The notes under the pieces: generated by a model
What the model saw: the letters and a program-made list of their open reading frames with translations, nothing else
Told to the model about the DNA's origin: nothing
Databases searched by the model: none
Assembly (NCBI GenBank): GCA_951406725.2
Contig: OX597817.1
Location: 8,060,001 to 8,124,000 of the forward strand
Direction: 5' to 3'
DNA: 64,000 nucleotides
Source: Octopus vulgaris
Taxonomy: Eukaryota
Shown here: piece after piece, positions 13,741 through 27,585 of the stretch
How positions within the stretch are numbered: position 1 is the stretch's first letter
Layout of the letters: the number at the start of each line of letters is the position of its first letter
Program-made: the position numbers and the translations under genes

Positions 13741-13996
13741 CAGTGGTTCTCAACCAGTTTCCATATGGCCCTTGAGGGTTCATATAAGATTTTGTTGTTA
13801 AAATTTACCTGTAATCCATTGGTTATACTTTTACAATGCACAAAATATTTTAACAGTATTTTTATACAATTTCTAATAATATTTAATTATAAAAATGTAA
13901 TAGGATTTCTTTTAAACATTGAATGGCTAGGAGCGTCCATCTGAGTAAAATAGGAATTAAATGGGTCCATTGGTATAAAATGGTCGATAAACGCTA
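13741..13996. mobile_element. hAT-type MITE
   Basis: CAGTGGTTCTCAACC terminus; degenerate 8-bp TSD GTCTAACC/GTCTGGCC. Confidence 0.55.
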
Positions 13997-14059
13997 GTCT
14001 GGCCTAACTCTCATCAACTGTATAGAAGATATTAAGTGACTAGAATCCTTCGATCACCT

Positions 14060-14492
14060 CTGTCTACGCTGCATCCTTCATGTCCGATGGCATCACTTTG
14101 TCTCCAACTATTCAGTGCGACACCAGTGCAAAATCACCTCTCTCCGACAAGTCATCCTAACGAGACGTCTGCGTTGGCTGGGTCATGCCCTCTGTCGTCA
14201 ACCAGGAGAATTCATCTATAAAGCAATTGCCCCAGCTCCCCTTCAGAGTTGGCGAAAGCGATGTGGTAGACAGCGAAAAACCTGGCTGATGACAGTCAAG
14301 GCTGATCTGGAACCCAACCTAGGCCCCCATGACTACGGCATTCGCCGCTGGAATAGGGAGTGGTTGGAGATCACACGGTCGTTAGCCTCAAATCGCCAGA
14401 TCTGGTCGGCGATTGTGAGAGATGCAGCATTGAGGTTGAATGAAGCCAGCTCAACCCACCCCGGGTGAATGTTGTCTCAAAGCAAAGCAAAA
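14060..14492 (+). mobile_element. RTE-clade LINE 3' fragment
   Basis: RRLRWLGH...GRQRKTW...W C-terminal RTE motifs; short repeat tail. Confidence 0.8.
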
Positions 14493-14615
14493 AAACTGTA
14501 TAGTAGTTGTTTAGGAACTGAAACTTAGTCTCATACTCAAGGAATAACAAGAGTTTACTTTTACGTTGCAGCACTTCTAATGACCATTTCTAATACTACA
14601 AAAATTCTTCTTCAG

Positions 14616-14769
14616 GGAAACTCTAACACTTGACAAGGCCAGCAGCTTCTATGTGAAATCACCTCATCTGTGTCCAGTGAGTCGTTGCTTTGCTAAAGTA
14701 CTTCAGACTATTGCTCAGAACTTGAACCAGTTGGTTAGCAGTAACAACAACAACAAACTGACACACCAG
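14616..14769 (+). CDS. INTS7: INTS7 exon (ETLTLDKASS...KLTHQ)
   Basis: ttcttcAG/GTaagt; 154 nt open frame, phase 2 to 0, fits both neighbours. Confidence 0.82.
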
Positions 14770-17248
14770 GTAAGTGATGTTTGTAATGGGGGTAGGAAGA
14801 AGGATTTAAGTTCATCAAACTAGTGTGTGTGTTGTTCTATCGTGTCTGTTTGGTTGCTGTGTGGCAAATTTCATATCTGAGTAATTCTAGCTGGAAGATG
14901 CTACATTATTCAGATTCTACATCATCATCATCATCATCATTTAATGTCCACTTTCCATGCTAGCAGGGGTTGGACAATTTGACTGAGGTCTGGCAGACCA
15001 AACTCCAATCTGATCTGGCAGAGTTTCTACAGCCAGATGCTCTTCCTAACGCCAACCACTCCGAGAGTGTAGTGGGTGCTTTTACGTGTCAGTTTGGTGG
15101 TACTGGCAACGGCCAGGCCCAAATGGTGCTTTTTATGTGCCACCTACTCAGGAGCCAGTCCAGTGGCACTGGCGACGACCTCACTTGAATATTTCACATG
15201 CCACCAGCACAAGTGCTAGAAAGGCGACGCGGTAACGATCACGCTCGAATGGTGTGCTTGACGTGCCATCGGCACAAAGGCCAGCTTGTTGCTCTGGCAT
15301 GAATTCTTATTAGAGTTAGGTTGGGGATACAAGTTTTGAAGACAATCTCTACCTGCAAAGCATACACACTGAGGGATAGTGTGATCCATGGTAACACTTC
15401 TTGGGATTCATGTCCACAGCACTTTGGGTGAGGACTGACTGAAGAAATTCTTGAATATCAATACAGATGTGTCTTGGATTTTAAAGAAGCTGGAAACTTA
15501 CTATAAGATCCTGGTAGATACAGAAGTCAGCTCCACCGGTAGCCATTGGATTTTGAATGGTTATAATGCCAAACTTCACTTGACTCTATTTAATCCTTTA
15601 GCATTTAAACCGGCCATATCCGGCCAAAAGTATTCTGCCTGTTTTATGTTCAAACTGGCCACATCTGGTCTCACACCAACCCTACAATATCATTTTAAAA
15701 ATTAACAGCTACCTCATCAAAATCTCCTAGCTACAAGATAATGCATGATTAGTTCAAAACAATGTGGATAAAAAAGGGTTAACTTTGGCAGAATTATGTG
15801 AACACTGAAGGGTTAATGGTGCCTGTGTTGTGATGAGTATATTCATCAGAAATGATCAAGCTGCACATACCATATGGAGTAACTTTTAGACCAATGACTG
15901 CTTAACCCCAACTATCTGGCTCCAAAAATACTGAACTTAAAGGAATTATTTAATATCTAGTCTTCATATATACGTTGTCCATTGTTTGAATTGTAACTAT
16001 TTGATGATTTCTACATCAGACAGCTGTGATCTTGAAGCATAGTTGACTTCGGTTGGTGATGTTGTGGATTTACTATTTGGCTTTAGTCCAATCTGTACTT
16101 GGTGAATTAGCACAGTAAGATGTTACATTAGTATGTTTACTCTTTTACTTGTTTCAGTCATTTGACTGCGGCCATGCTGGAGCATCACCTTTAGTCGAGC
16201 AAATCGACCCCGGGACTTATTCTTTTTTGTAAGCCCAGTACTTATTCTATCGGTCTCTTTTTGCCGAACCGCTAAGTGACAGGGATGTAAACACACCAGC
16301 ATCGGTTGTCAAGCAATGCTAGGGAGACAAACACAGACACTCAAACACATACACACACATATATATACATATATACGACAGGCTTCTTTCAGTTTCTGTC
16401 TACCAAATCCACTCACAAGGCATTGGTCGGCCCGAGGCTATAGTAGAAGACACTTGCCCAAGGTGTCACGCAGTGGGACTGAACCCGGAACCGTGTGGTT
16501 GGTAAGCAAGCTACTTACCACACAGCCACGTTGCTGATTTGAGTAAACCATTAACGTATCTGTTTCAATAGTTGGAACGGTGATGTTTCTGTTATGTTGT
16601 GTTAGTGTACTTCTTGTCACTGTTACTTTGTTGTTGTTGTTACATCCTTTTGGTTGCTCTCACTGGGAATATGCTAATTGCCCCATTGTGCTCTCTTCAA
16701 AATAATTAGTTAAGCCAGCCATTCTGTGGTACATCAAGGTAATAGAAGCAAAAGCTAAGTCAATCTAATGTAAAGTGGACATAGGCGCAGGAGTGGCTGT
16801 GTGGTAAGTAGCTTGCCTACCAACCACATGGTTCTGGGTTCAGTCCCACTGCATGGCATCTTGGGCAAGTGTCTTCTGCTATAGCCCCGGGCCGACCAAT
16901 GCCTTGTGAGTGGATTTGGTAGACGGAAACTGAAAGAAGCCTGTCGTATATATGTATATGTGTGTTTGTGTGTCTGTGTTTGTCCCCCTAGCATTGCTTG
17001 ATGATGATGATGTCCAAGAACTAACACCACTATTATACCTCTCTCCTTAAACCCTAACTCCACCAGTATACCACTCTACTCTAAGCATAGTTCCATTATC
17101 ACACCACTTGGTCCCAAGCATAACTCCACCACCATGTCACACTGCCAAACTCTTAACCCACTCTCTTAACCCACCTACTTGAATCATGTCAGCTTGACAA
17201 AAGTATGTTGACCCACCTTTTGGTTTTTATCTCTCTCTCTCTCTTCAG

Positions 17249-17347
17249 CACATAGCATTCCTGTATAATTCCATCAAGCAGCTAATTCAGACCTCCATTG
17301 GTTACCCCAGATATTTCTTCCAGACATTACAAACAACACAAGTTAAG
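17249..17347 (+). CDS. INTS7: INTS7 exon ([33 protein letters not shown])
   Basis: cttcAG/GTaagc; RYFFQxLQ motif of INTS7. Confidence 0.93.
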
Positions 17348-17354
17348 GTAAGCA

Positions 17355-17391
17355 TTCTTTCTTTTTTTCTTTCTCTCTTTCTTTCTTTCTT

Positions 17392-17431
<40 letters not shown>

Positions 17432-17679
17432 TTCTTTCTTTCTTTCTTCCTTCTTTCCTTCTTTCTTTCTTTCTTTATTTCCTCTTTCTTTCTTTCTTTC
17501 TTTCCTTCTTTCTTTTCTTTCTTCTTTTCTTTCTTTCTTCCTTCTTTTCTTCCTTCTTTCCTTCCTTCTTTCTTTCCTTCTTTCCTTCCTTCATTCCTTC
17601 CTTCTTTCCTTCCTTCCTTCTTTCCTTCTTTCTTTCTTTCTATTCTTCTTTTCTTTCTTTATTTCCTCTTTCTTTCTTT

Positions 17680-17723
<44 letters not shown>

Positions 17724-17730
17724 TCCTTCC

Positions 17731-17761
<31 letters not shown>

Positions 17762-17840
17762 TTCCTTCCTTCCTTCCTTCCTTCCTTCTTCCTTTCTTTC
17801 TTTCTTCCTTCCTTCTTTCTTTCCTTCTTTCCTTCCTTCC

Positions 17841-17871
<31 letters not shown>

Positions 17872-17895
17872 TTCTTTCTTTCTTTCTTTCTTTTC
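17355..17895. repeat. (TTTC/TTCC)n polypyrimidine microsatellite, about 540 bp
   Basis: Read directly; begins just after the INTS7 donor at 17348. Confidence 0.95.
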
Positions 17896-19359
17896 CATCC
17901 AATCCAAGTATGTCTATCTATTCTCCTCTCTCTCTGTCACTCTGTCTTTCTCTCTCTAACTTGCTTCATTTTCACTTTATTTACCTTAAGTGAAAGCTAA
18001 TAAATAAACCAAACACTTTTCTTTTGTTTTTTTGTATGATGTTTTACCATTATTTTCCTCCAGTTTTTTTTTCACATTCTCTGTATCTATTTTTATTTCT
18101 TTATACAAAAAAATGTCCTTGAGGCCTTGTAACCCAATCAAACATGTTAAATATTTTTTTGATATTTGTTGTTCTTATAGAAAAGTGTTAAAGAGTTTTC
18201 GTCCTTTTTCTTTTCATCATCAATATTTCCCATCTCTTTTTTCTTACTGGTATGGGTTTGGTACACAGACAACCTTGCTTGGAATTTTCCCTTGGAAGGG
18301 AACTTTCTAGGTGCAATCCTTTGGTTATTCATGATCGAAGGGGATCTTTACCTTTTGTCTTTATCATCTTAAAAAACAGAAAGTTATACTGAATAATGTA
18401 ATCTGAGATATATTATTTTACAAAAAAAAAAAGAGGACAGGATGGCTGTTGCTCAGAGGTACCTGCTCAAGCAAGGCTGACCTGTAGCTAGACAACAAGT
18501 ACTAAAGAACCTATCTGCAGTCCTAGATACATTATGTCTCAATTAAAGACGGTTGCATGCTTTTACTCAGAGGTTCAGCAGACCAGTTGGAGTTTGGACA
18601 GCTCCCTGTTAGCCAACTCCATGACAAACTGTCCAACCCATGCCAGCATGGCAAGCAGACGTTAAATGATGATGATGATGATGTTCAATTAGGACTGGCC
18701 TTGTTTTAAGCAACATTAGCAACTATGCATTTGTATTTCTTTTTTTTTTTTTTTTTTGTTTTGTTTTTACCCTCAAAGAAAGGATAGTGTCACTTCAGTT
18801 TTAGTTCTCTTCCAACTACTTCTAGTAGAATTCAACGTTGAACATCAGGAGAAGGTGGATCCAAATTGTCCACACCCCTGTCACTGCCGGAATCCCTAGT
18901 ATCTATTAATGAATCACAATCAGACTGGGGTCTGGTGCAGCCGCCTGGCTTCCCAAACCCCGGTCGAACCGTCCAACCTGTGCTAGTCCGGAACACGGAC
19001 GTTAAATGATGATGATGATGATGATGATGATGAAGGTTGCATGATGATAGACACTTTGTGTGTGTGTGTGTGTGTGTGCGTGCGTGTGAGAGAGAGAGAG
19101 ATACTAGCTAGCATTGGTAGTTGCTGGTAGAAGGCAGTGATAGTGATTTAGGTGATGTTGGCAGAGGGTTATATTGTTAGTGGAATTGGTGGTGCTTGTA
19201 GTGGTTATGATTAGTGGTGCCAGCAGTTGTGGTATCAGTAGTAATATGTCCGTATAGATATTTGTAGTGCTGATGGTATTGGTAGGACTAACGATATAGG
19301 TGGTGCTGGTGCTCCAGGTTGTAGTGTTGATGATATTAGTAGTCTAGTGGTAGTAGTAG

Positions 19360-19903
19360 GATTCAGCGAAGAAGTTTCATGGGAATATTGAATTCACAAG
19401 TGGTCCCTGATATCCCACATGCATATCCCGAGTGACAGGATGCCCTGTTTGTCGTGGAGTCTCCCCAAATGCAGGGACAGAACGACCTTGAAGCCACTGG
19501 TTTCTGATCAGACGCCTCTTGGAATTTTCACCAGAGCCCCATTGGCTAGGCTGCGGCCCTAATACTGCTCGGTGCCATACCAATCCTCCTTGGGTGGCCC
19601 TACCAGGAACTGAAGTTCCCAACAGCATAGCTCTGACACTGCCCGTTTACACCACCCTACTGCTTTGAGGAGGGCTTGGACTTTAGGTCTTTCTTTATCG
19701 CAACGACGATAAAGGAGGACCCCTCTGAACTCTCAGGTCCGCAGGTGGTCGGTCTGCGCAGATGGAACCGTGAATGGCTCGCTATCTCCATTGACCTTGC
19801 ACGGGACTGTCGAGCGTGTGCCGCCATGGTTCGTGATGCTGTTAGGACCAGAGAAGCCGGCTCAACCTGCCCTGGGTGAACGCCGTCACAAGTACAAGTA
19901 AGC
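19360..19903 (+). mobile_element. RTE-derived element: 3' end plus upstream non-coding part
   Basis: LSGPQVVGLRRWNREWL...PG* is homologous to the 14.3-kb copy; CAAGTA tail. Confidence 0.65.
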
Positions 19904-19982
19904 ACTAGTGGTAGAGGTTTGATGGGAACCCCCTATGATGCTCAGTGTAATTTTTTATTTCTTTCTTTTTTGTCTTCCTCAG

Positions 19983-20192
19983 CTGGCTATATCTCCTCAG
20001 CCACACAACTCAACTGACCCAGTGTTGCTACAGCAAGACACACAACTCACACTGAAAGTCGAAGGTGTTGTCCAGCATGGTAATCAACCAGACTTCTATA
20101 GGCAAGTGCATGCTGTCATGGTCAACGTTACATCTGTTCTACGCAGTCACAGCCACGGGTCTGCTGCCACACTTGCCGCTAGTGGAAAGAAG
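19983..20192 (+). CDS. INTS7: INTS7 exon (LAISPQP...LTLKVEGVVQHG...SGKK)
   Basis: cctcAG/GTaccg; LKVEGVVQHG motif. Confidence 0.93.
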
Positions 20193-20296
20193 GTACCGTT
20201 TTTTTGGTTACTTGTTGTTGACATTTCTGTTTTTCTATATATTTTCCCTTTATTTGGAGTGGAGGAGAAAGGAGAAAAGGTTGAAGTGTTGGACTA

Positions 20297-20822
20297 CCAT
20301 AAATCCTCGAGTATAATCCGCAGTTTTTTCCCCTGAAAATTTAAAGGTCAAAATCCCTAGTGCGTACTATATACGAGGTTAAAAATGAAAAACATTTTCT
20401 AAGCAATGTCCGAGTCTCTATTTGCTGTCTGGCAATGTTTATTCCGACGCATTTTGTGATGTCGGGCGCGAAAATAGATTAAGCTAAGCCTGAAAGCAAT
20501 GAAGTCATAAAAGAATCATCCATAACTTGCAGTAAGCAACATCTATTAAAATAAAAATATTCAGAACACAGAATAACATGTAACAAACACGATTTGCGAA
20601 CATATTTACATTCCCATATAACAGTTAAGAACATCACCATTATTGTATTACACATGCGCGGAAGTGTTTGTTCAACTAGGTGCAACTGGCTTAATTACAC
20701 ACAACTCAAGTTAGAGAAGGGGTGCGTATTATACACAAGGTTAAGGTTTTTTCAGAAGTAGAGCCCCCTAAAAATCCCCTGCGTATTATACTCAAGGGCA
20801 GACTATACTCGAGGATTTATGG
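20297..20822. mobile_element. Tc1/mariner/pogo-type MITE
   Basis: TIR CCATAAATCCTCGAGTATA / TATACTCGAGGATTTATGG with TA TSD. Confidence 0.8.
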
Positions 20823-21296
20823 TATGTGTGAAAGATCCAGGACTGCATTACTCGAGGTGTTTTTTTTTTTTAAGATGGTGTATACTTTTAAGACAACATA
20901 ATCCACTTTATGTTTCATGTCTCATGTTGCATGACTTGCATATCAGGTTCCATTCAGTAGACTTCACAAATAAGTAGAAAGCCATCAATCAAAAGGGCAT
21001 TACACTAGGCTATAAAAGCAATTGTTTCAATAAAAAATAAAAAACTATTCTACTCATGCTTCCATAAAAAAAAAAAACTACATATAAAGCAGTAAAAATT
21101 AATCAGTTTATTAATCAGAAATTAAACTAACTTATGTGGAATTGTTCTTCTCCTTCACCAGGATAACTTGCTATAATCTTAACAGCATCCCTATGAACCG
21201 TGTGTCAGATGAAGAGTTTTTCTTCTCTTCTTTCATGATGCCAAATGTTTTTAAGAGAAAGTAAATGGAAGCTGTGGCATTCATTCCTTTTATATC

Positions 21297-22700
21297 GTTG
21301 GATATATAATATAACAAATCAGTGGGGAAGAAAGTATATACACGATGTACTATTATTACTAATGGCCAAGCACCATCCGATCGTGGCCGTTTGCCAGCCT
21401 CGCCTGGCCCCCTTGCCGGTGGCACGTAAAAAGCACCATCCAACCGTGGCCGTTTGCCAGCCTCGTCTGGCACGTAAAAAGCACCCACTACACTCATGGA
21501 GTGGTTGGCGTTAGGAAGGGCATCCAGCCGTAGAAACATTGCCAGATCAGACTGGGCCTGGCGCAGCCTCCTGGCTTCCCAGACCCCAGTTGCACCGTCC
21601 AACCCATGCCAGCATGGAAAGCGGATACTAAACGATGATGATGATGATGAAACTCAACACTCTGTATCAAAGGCTCACATTGAACTGGTACCAACACGAA
21701 CTGGCAATTGCTCACAGTTCTTTACTTTATAACAATGAGTCAGTCCACATTTAGTCAACTGCGGGGTGGTCAGGATCCTTCCACAACATCTCCCCTTTTC
21801 AGAATTAGTCTCTCCTATCTTCTCTCCCTTTTGAGAATTGAGCTCCACTCCTGGAATTGAATTTGTTACGCTGTTTGGCGAGTACAAACCTGGAGTATTT
21901 TCAGACTCCTTCTGCATTAATTCCAGCAACTGTTGGTTTTGCTGTTGTTGTTGTTGCTGCTGCTGTTGCATCGCAGAGGCCAATAGGTTTTTCCATGTTA
22001 AATTGTTTTTTTCTTTTGTTTTGTACTGGAAAAAATTTTTTTTAAATGTGCAACGCAAGCTTCGAACAACTCATTGCTACTTTTATGTTTTTGTATTGGA
22101 TATATAATGTAACGAATCAGGGAGGAAGAAAATATATACATGACACACTACTATTATTACTGGAAGCACTCCGTCGGTTACGACGACGAGGGTTCCGGTT
22201 GATCCGATCAACGGAACAGCCTGCTCGTGAAATTAACGTGTAAGTGGCTGAGCACTCCACAGACACGTGTACCCTTAACGTAGTTCTCGGGGATATTCAG
22301 CGTGACACAGCCCCTTGAAATACAGGTACAAGAGAAACAGGAAGTAAGAGTGAGAGAAAGTTGTGTTGAAAGAGTACAGCAGGGATCACCACCATCCCCT
22401 GCCGGAGCCTCGTGGAGCTTTTAGGTGTTTTCGCTCAATAAACACTCACAACGCCCGGTCTGAGAATCGAAACCGTGATCCTACGACCGCGAGTCTGCTG
22501 CCCTAACCACTGGGCCATTGCGCCTCCACTACTATTACTATTACATGAGACTCAACGCTCTATATTCAAATGCTCACAGTGAACTGCTACCAACATGAAC
22601 TGGCAATCACTCACAGTTCTTCACTTTATGACAATGAGTCAGTCTACACTCAGCCACTTGTGGAGTGGTTGGAATCCTTCTGCAACAATTCCCTTCTCCT
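21297..22700 (-). mobile_element. Degenerate small LTR/TRIM-like element with two direct repeats, each interrupted by a SINE
   Basis: Direct repeats at about 21297-21788 and 22095-22687 begin TGTTG on the - strand, each preceded by a purine tract; poly-Q ORF remnant between them. Confidence 0.5.
22161..22528 (-). mobile_element. tRNA-derived SINE family C
   Basis: Head GGCCCAGTGGTTAGGGCAGC...TTCGATTC; copies at 40830-41213(+), 44418-44797(-), about 48262-48540(-) and 61691-61950(+). Confidence 0.82.
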
Positions 22701-22994
22701 AAAACATACATTATGCCATTGAAGTGACTACAACTAACAATCAAAACCTGGCTAAAGGCCCTTGTCAGAAATCCACCACTATTCTGATCCCTCATTAATC
22801 ATATCAGGTTCTTTTCAGTAACCCATTTAGAGGGTTTGACCCCCAGTACTACAAGCTAACAAAGTAATCATTAGTTATACTGTATTCACAGATGCCTACA
22901 ACTCTGACCTTACTACTACTTGGCATCTATTTACTGCCAAGTAGACTTGTTCATTGAATACCTTTTATCATCTTAATATAAGAACCCATTGGAT

Positions 22995-23214
22995 CAGTGG
23001 TTTTCAACCAGGGTTCCACGGAACCTTAGGGTTCCGCCAGTACAGTCCAGGGGTTCCACAAGAAGTTACAAAACTTCTAAAATCGGCAGTAATTTTTAAT
23101 TCTCCTGTGCAGATATGTGTGCATAAGACAATTAAATTATTGCACAGGGGTTCCTCAAGCCAGTGAAATGTTTTTGTTGGGGTTCTGCTCCAGCAAAAAG
23201 GTTGAAAAGCACTA
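22995..23214. mobile_element. hAT-type MITE
   Basis: CAGTGGTTTTCAACC...GGTTGAAAAGCACTA termini; perfect 8-bp TSD CATTGGAT (22987-22994, 23215-23222). Confidence 0.85.
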
Positions 23215-23480
23215 CATTGGATAATATTGTCCAGGCTACGATGCCTTAAAAAATATCTGATGGTCATATCAAGGCTGATTTGGGGCTAAACCTTTCCTAG
23301 TCTCCTTAGCTCTTGACTTAATCAATTGGTAAATCCATGTCTAAGTTTTACTCAATCCCCATCACATAGTCACCCCAGTCCTTGACTTTATGCCATGGTA
23401 AGTAAATACCAAGGACCCTGAATTAATATTTGTAGCTTTGCTTTATATCTTACTTTAATCAGATTCTTCTGTTCTTTCAG

Positions 23481-23726
23481 ATTCAAGATGTGCCCCCTGT
23501 GAAACTGAGTAAGACCCTGGAACCCCAGAACGACTACTTCAGCTCCAGTTTCCTTATTGCCCTGCCATTGCCAGGATTCTATAACCTCACAATCAAGGCT
23601 CTGCTTATTGACACTGATGGACTTATTTGGAAGACTGGTCCCCGTATCACCATGTCAGTGAAGTGCTTTGATGACATCATGCAACGGCAGCAGGTGATGA
23701 GGAGCATGTCGTGGACAACCAGTTAG
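23481..23726 (+). CDS. INTS7: INTS7 terminal coding exon (IQDVPP...EPQNDYFSSSFL...WKTGPR...WTTS*)
   Basis: tttcAG acceptor; EPxNDYFS and WKTGP motifs; TAG stop. Confidence 0.93.
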   Translation: MQDVPPVKLSKTLEPQNDYFSSSFLIALPLPGFYNLTIKALLIDTDGLIWKTGPRITMSVKCFDDIMQRQQVMRSMSWTTS

Positions 23727-24462
23727 TGTTAGGACTGTCCTCTCTAAAGGCGGCTACGATAGCAAGGGAGATAACTGGGTAATATAAGGGGACACACTTG
23801 AAAATACTCCAGGTCAGTGATTGTGAACGTATGAGGTATGATGTGTCAGTAGTTGACACACAAGAAGCTTTGAAAAATAATCTCTTGCAATATCATGTTA
23901 TAAAAAGCTTACTTGTAAGCTTTTACATAAAACTGAGATACATGTATATGTGTATAAGTGACATTCCAATAACAGGATTATTAAAGGAGTTTTAATTTCT
24001 TTAAAATTTCAACATGTTAGGCTAAAAAACTGGTTTGTTGTCACTATTCTTGATCAAGATTTGAAATGAAACTTGGTTCCGATCCTGTATGGACAGAAAG
24101 AACTGTTTGCTGGCCAACAACTAATGTATGATTCTAATATGGACTTAGTGATGGACATATGTTGCTTTAAGGTCCTGTGTTCTGATCAGTCTCACTAACA
24201 ATACTGCACTAAGTATTGCCATAGTTATCTTATATTGCTACTACACTTTGTTATAGTAGATTGGAGTTATTATACATGTTGCTCAAACTGACTGATGGAT
24301 GGTACAATACGTTTATTGTGCAATAGTAGTTGGTACTACAAATTTTAATTTGTTGATAGTGATATTACCTATTTTTTCTTAATACCTGAATGGTGACACC
24401 ACATTATTGTAGTACTATAATGTTGAAAGGTAATGTTATTGTAGCAAAGTTAGTTAGTTAAT

Positions 24463-24629
24463 TTTTTGGCTCAAAAAGCAAAAAGCAAGGCCATGTAGGG
24501 GGACATGGAGTTATGTACAGGGTGGTGTTCATGTAAAGAGTTCAGGCCACTTGAGGTCAAGGGAGACTTTGAACCGAGTGGTCGTCGGCATCTTCACCAT
24601 CTCGTCTGGCAGCTTATTCCACGGATCCG
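24463..24629 (-). mobile_element. CR1-like LINE 3' end in the probable INTS7 3' UTR
   Basis: Minus strand translates PWNKLPDEMVKMPTTTRFKVSLD (WNxLP...FK..LD motif). Confidence 0.65.
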
Positions 24630-27020
24630 TTATCACATGTTACATTAACATAGATGTTTTATAAACTTTAACCAACATTGGATAGTTGCCACATCACCTT
24701 CCTATTAACTGTGGATTCCATCTGGGGTTAATGCTGTCCATTGTATCAAAGTTATCTAAAAACAGCACACATCATTCAAGCTGCCTGCAAACATGTTATT
24801 TTATTTAAAACATTCCCAGCAATACCTGGACAGTGTGCTACCCACCGTGATCGTTTGGTATTGACAATGTTTGGCAACACTACATGTCACTAAGTGTTAA
24901 CCTAGTATGCTACATAATATTAAAACTGACCAAGAACTTATCATTAAAGTTAACCACCAACATTACATGCTGTTTAACCCTTTTGTTACTGTATTTATTT
25001 TGAGATGCTCTGTGTTTCTTTCAATTACTTTAAATATAATAAAGAATTTAGTAAAATAACTTAGTTATCATTAAACTAGTGTTAGGAACATAAATTGTGA
25101 CGAAGGTTTGGTGGAAGATTTTAATTGAAAACTTTTGAAAACAAGACATTTGTACTGAGAGCCAGAGGAGGTTTTGGCCGGGTTGGTAATGAAAGGATTA
25201 AGCTGATCAAAAGCACAACACACCAAAAGAGCTGTTAAGTAATATCACAGCATGTTTGAGGGCTCAAGTTGAATCAGAAAAGCAATCATGGTTTTACTTT
25301 TGAAATAACTTACTCAGCAAAGAAATCAAACAATTTATTGAAACTCTAGCTATTTCCCTAAACTTTCAGTTGTCCTGTTTTATCATCACTATCAACATCT
25401 ACCATCACCATCATCATCATCATCATCATCATTGTGTTCATCCTTATCACTATGATTACTATAACTGTCTTCGAATGTTTGTAAACTGTTGTTTTCGTGG
25501 TACGCACATTATGTGAGATAAACGAACAAGGTTGACATGGATGTTCATTGAAGCATGTTCGATTTTAGTGTCTCACGGTCCTGCATTAGAAGTTTAATTC
25601 CTTATAGGGTTGTTGACATAAATACCAGTAATATATTGGAATATTCAGTTGAAACAAATCTTTAGTTAGACATACAACATTGGTGGAATAACAGAACATG
25701 GATTAAAGCTACGTGGATTGACTATTTTTTGTATTCCTCTGGGCTGAAGTTGTGAGATAAGTACCAGTTACATACTGTGGTCACTTCTTTTGACTATACT
25801 TGACTGTCCTTCTTCTTCTTTAGATATTTGTCTAACCATATACCAATGTAAGAAATCATTATACATAGATAATACAGAATGGAAGATTTAACACAAGCAT
25901 TTAAAGTGTTCATATCTGGCTCATATATCCCACCTGTTTTATGTTTAGACCAGCCAGATATGGCCTCTCACACCTACCTACAGTGTCATTCTAGAAGTAA
26001 ACAATCATATCATTGAAATCTTGAGGCTATGAGATAATCCATGATTAACTCAAACGCAGTTCAATAAATAAGGATTACTTTTGACACATGAACCTGAATG
26101 CTAAAGGATTAAATATACTGAGTTCAGTTTTTAAGTATAACCTTTCCTCAGAGAAAAATGAAAAATAAAGGGTTGTATTGTATGTAGTTAACAGAAGCTA
26201 TTATTCAGATGCACATCTTTACTACATCATCATGTTTATTCAGTTGTCCATTGAAAGTAAAACAAGGATTCTATTTTATAAGTTTAGCTAAATTTACTCT
26301 GTATTAAAGCTGACAGTGGCAGCGGCAGAAAGTAAACAGAATGGAAATTAATCTATGTATGTTATTTTCTGTATTATCTCTCTACATACACTATATATAT
26401 ATATATGTATATATATGTAAATGTATGTATGTATATATAAAACATAAATTTCATGATTGCATTTACCATGTTGAATAAAAGTTATGTTTAATTACTGATA
26501 TCTGGAGTTTTTTTTTTTTTTTTTTTGATAAGCTATATAAAGATGACATTATTAATTCCACTTTTGGCGCAAGGTCAGTAATTTTGAGGAGGGTGAACTC
26601 AATTACATTGATTCCAGTACTTGATTGGCACTTCATTTTATGGACCCTGAGAGACGAAGTTGAACTCAAAACATGAAGACCTTGAAGAAATATCTCCAGG
26701 CATTTTGCCCAATGTGCTAATGATTCTGCTAGTTTGCTGTCTAAATGAAAATAATTAGGAGTTTATTGTACACAGTACTCAGGTATACTATAACTCATTC
26801 AAAAAGGAAGTTACAAGAGGGAACAGAAAGCAGCAATCAGTCAGCTAAAGGAAGACAGCAATAATAGCTGGAAGTCCATACACTGTGCATAGAATAAACA
26901 CAAAATGATTGAAAAGCAAACAGTAAAAGAGCCACAAAGTGGATAGGCACATCAACTGTAGTGTTGGTGGATTTCAGGAAGAACTTTTGAAGGATGCAGT
27001 GGCAAATGGTAGGTACAGAT

Positions 27021-27585
27021 AAGGTGGCGAGCTGGCCCAAAAACATTAGCACGCTGGGCGAAATGCTTAGTGGTATTTCGTCTGTCTTTATGTTCTGAGT
27101 TCAAGTACACCAAGGTCGACTTTGCCTTTCATCCTTTTTGGGTTGATTAAATAAGTACCAGTTACACACTGGGGTCTATATAATCGACTTAATCCGTTTG
27201 TCCTCTCTGTGTTTAGCCCCTTGTGGGTAGTAAAGAAATAGGTATTTCGTCTGTCTTTATGTTCTGAGTTCAAAGTCCACCAAGGTCGACTTTGCTTTTC
27301 ATCCTTTTGGGATTGATTAAATAAGTACCAGTTACACACTGGGGTCAATATAATCAACTTAATCCGTTTGTCTGTCCTTGTTTGTCCTCTGTGTTTAGCC
27401 CCTTGTGGGTAGTAAAGAAATAGGTATTTCGTCTGTCTTTATGTTCTGAGTTCAAATTCTGCCAAGGTTGACTTTGCCTTTCATCCTTTCAGGGTCTATA
27501 AATTAAGTATCAGTTGTGTACTGAGGTCGATCTAATCGACTGGCCCCTCCCCAAAAATTTTGGGCCTTGTACCTCGAGTAGAAAA
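27021..27585 (+). mobile_element. SINE family E (Meta-domain-like core) with tandemly repeated body
   Basis: GCCTTTCATCCTTT..GGG...AATAAGTACCAG core three times; other loci at 2017-2236, 12335-12564, 39143-39683 and 54905-55266. Confidence 0.75.
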
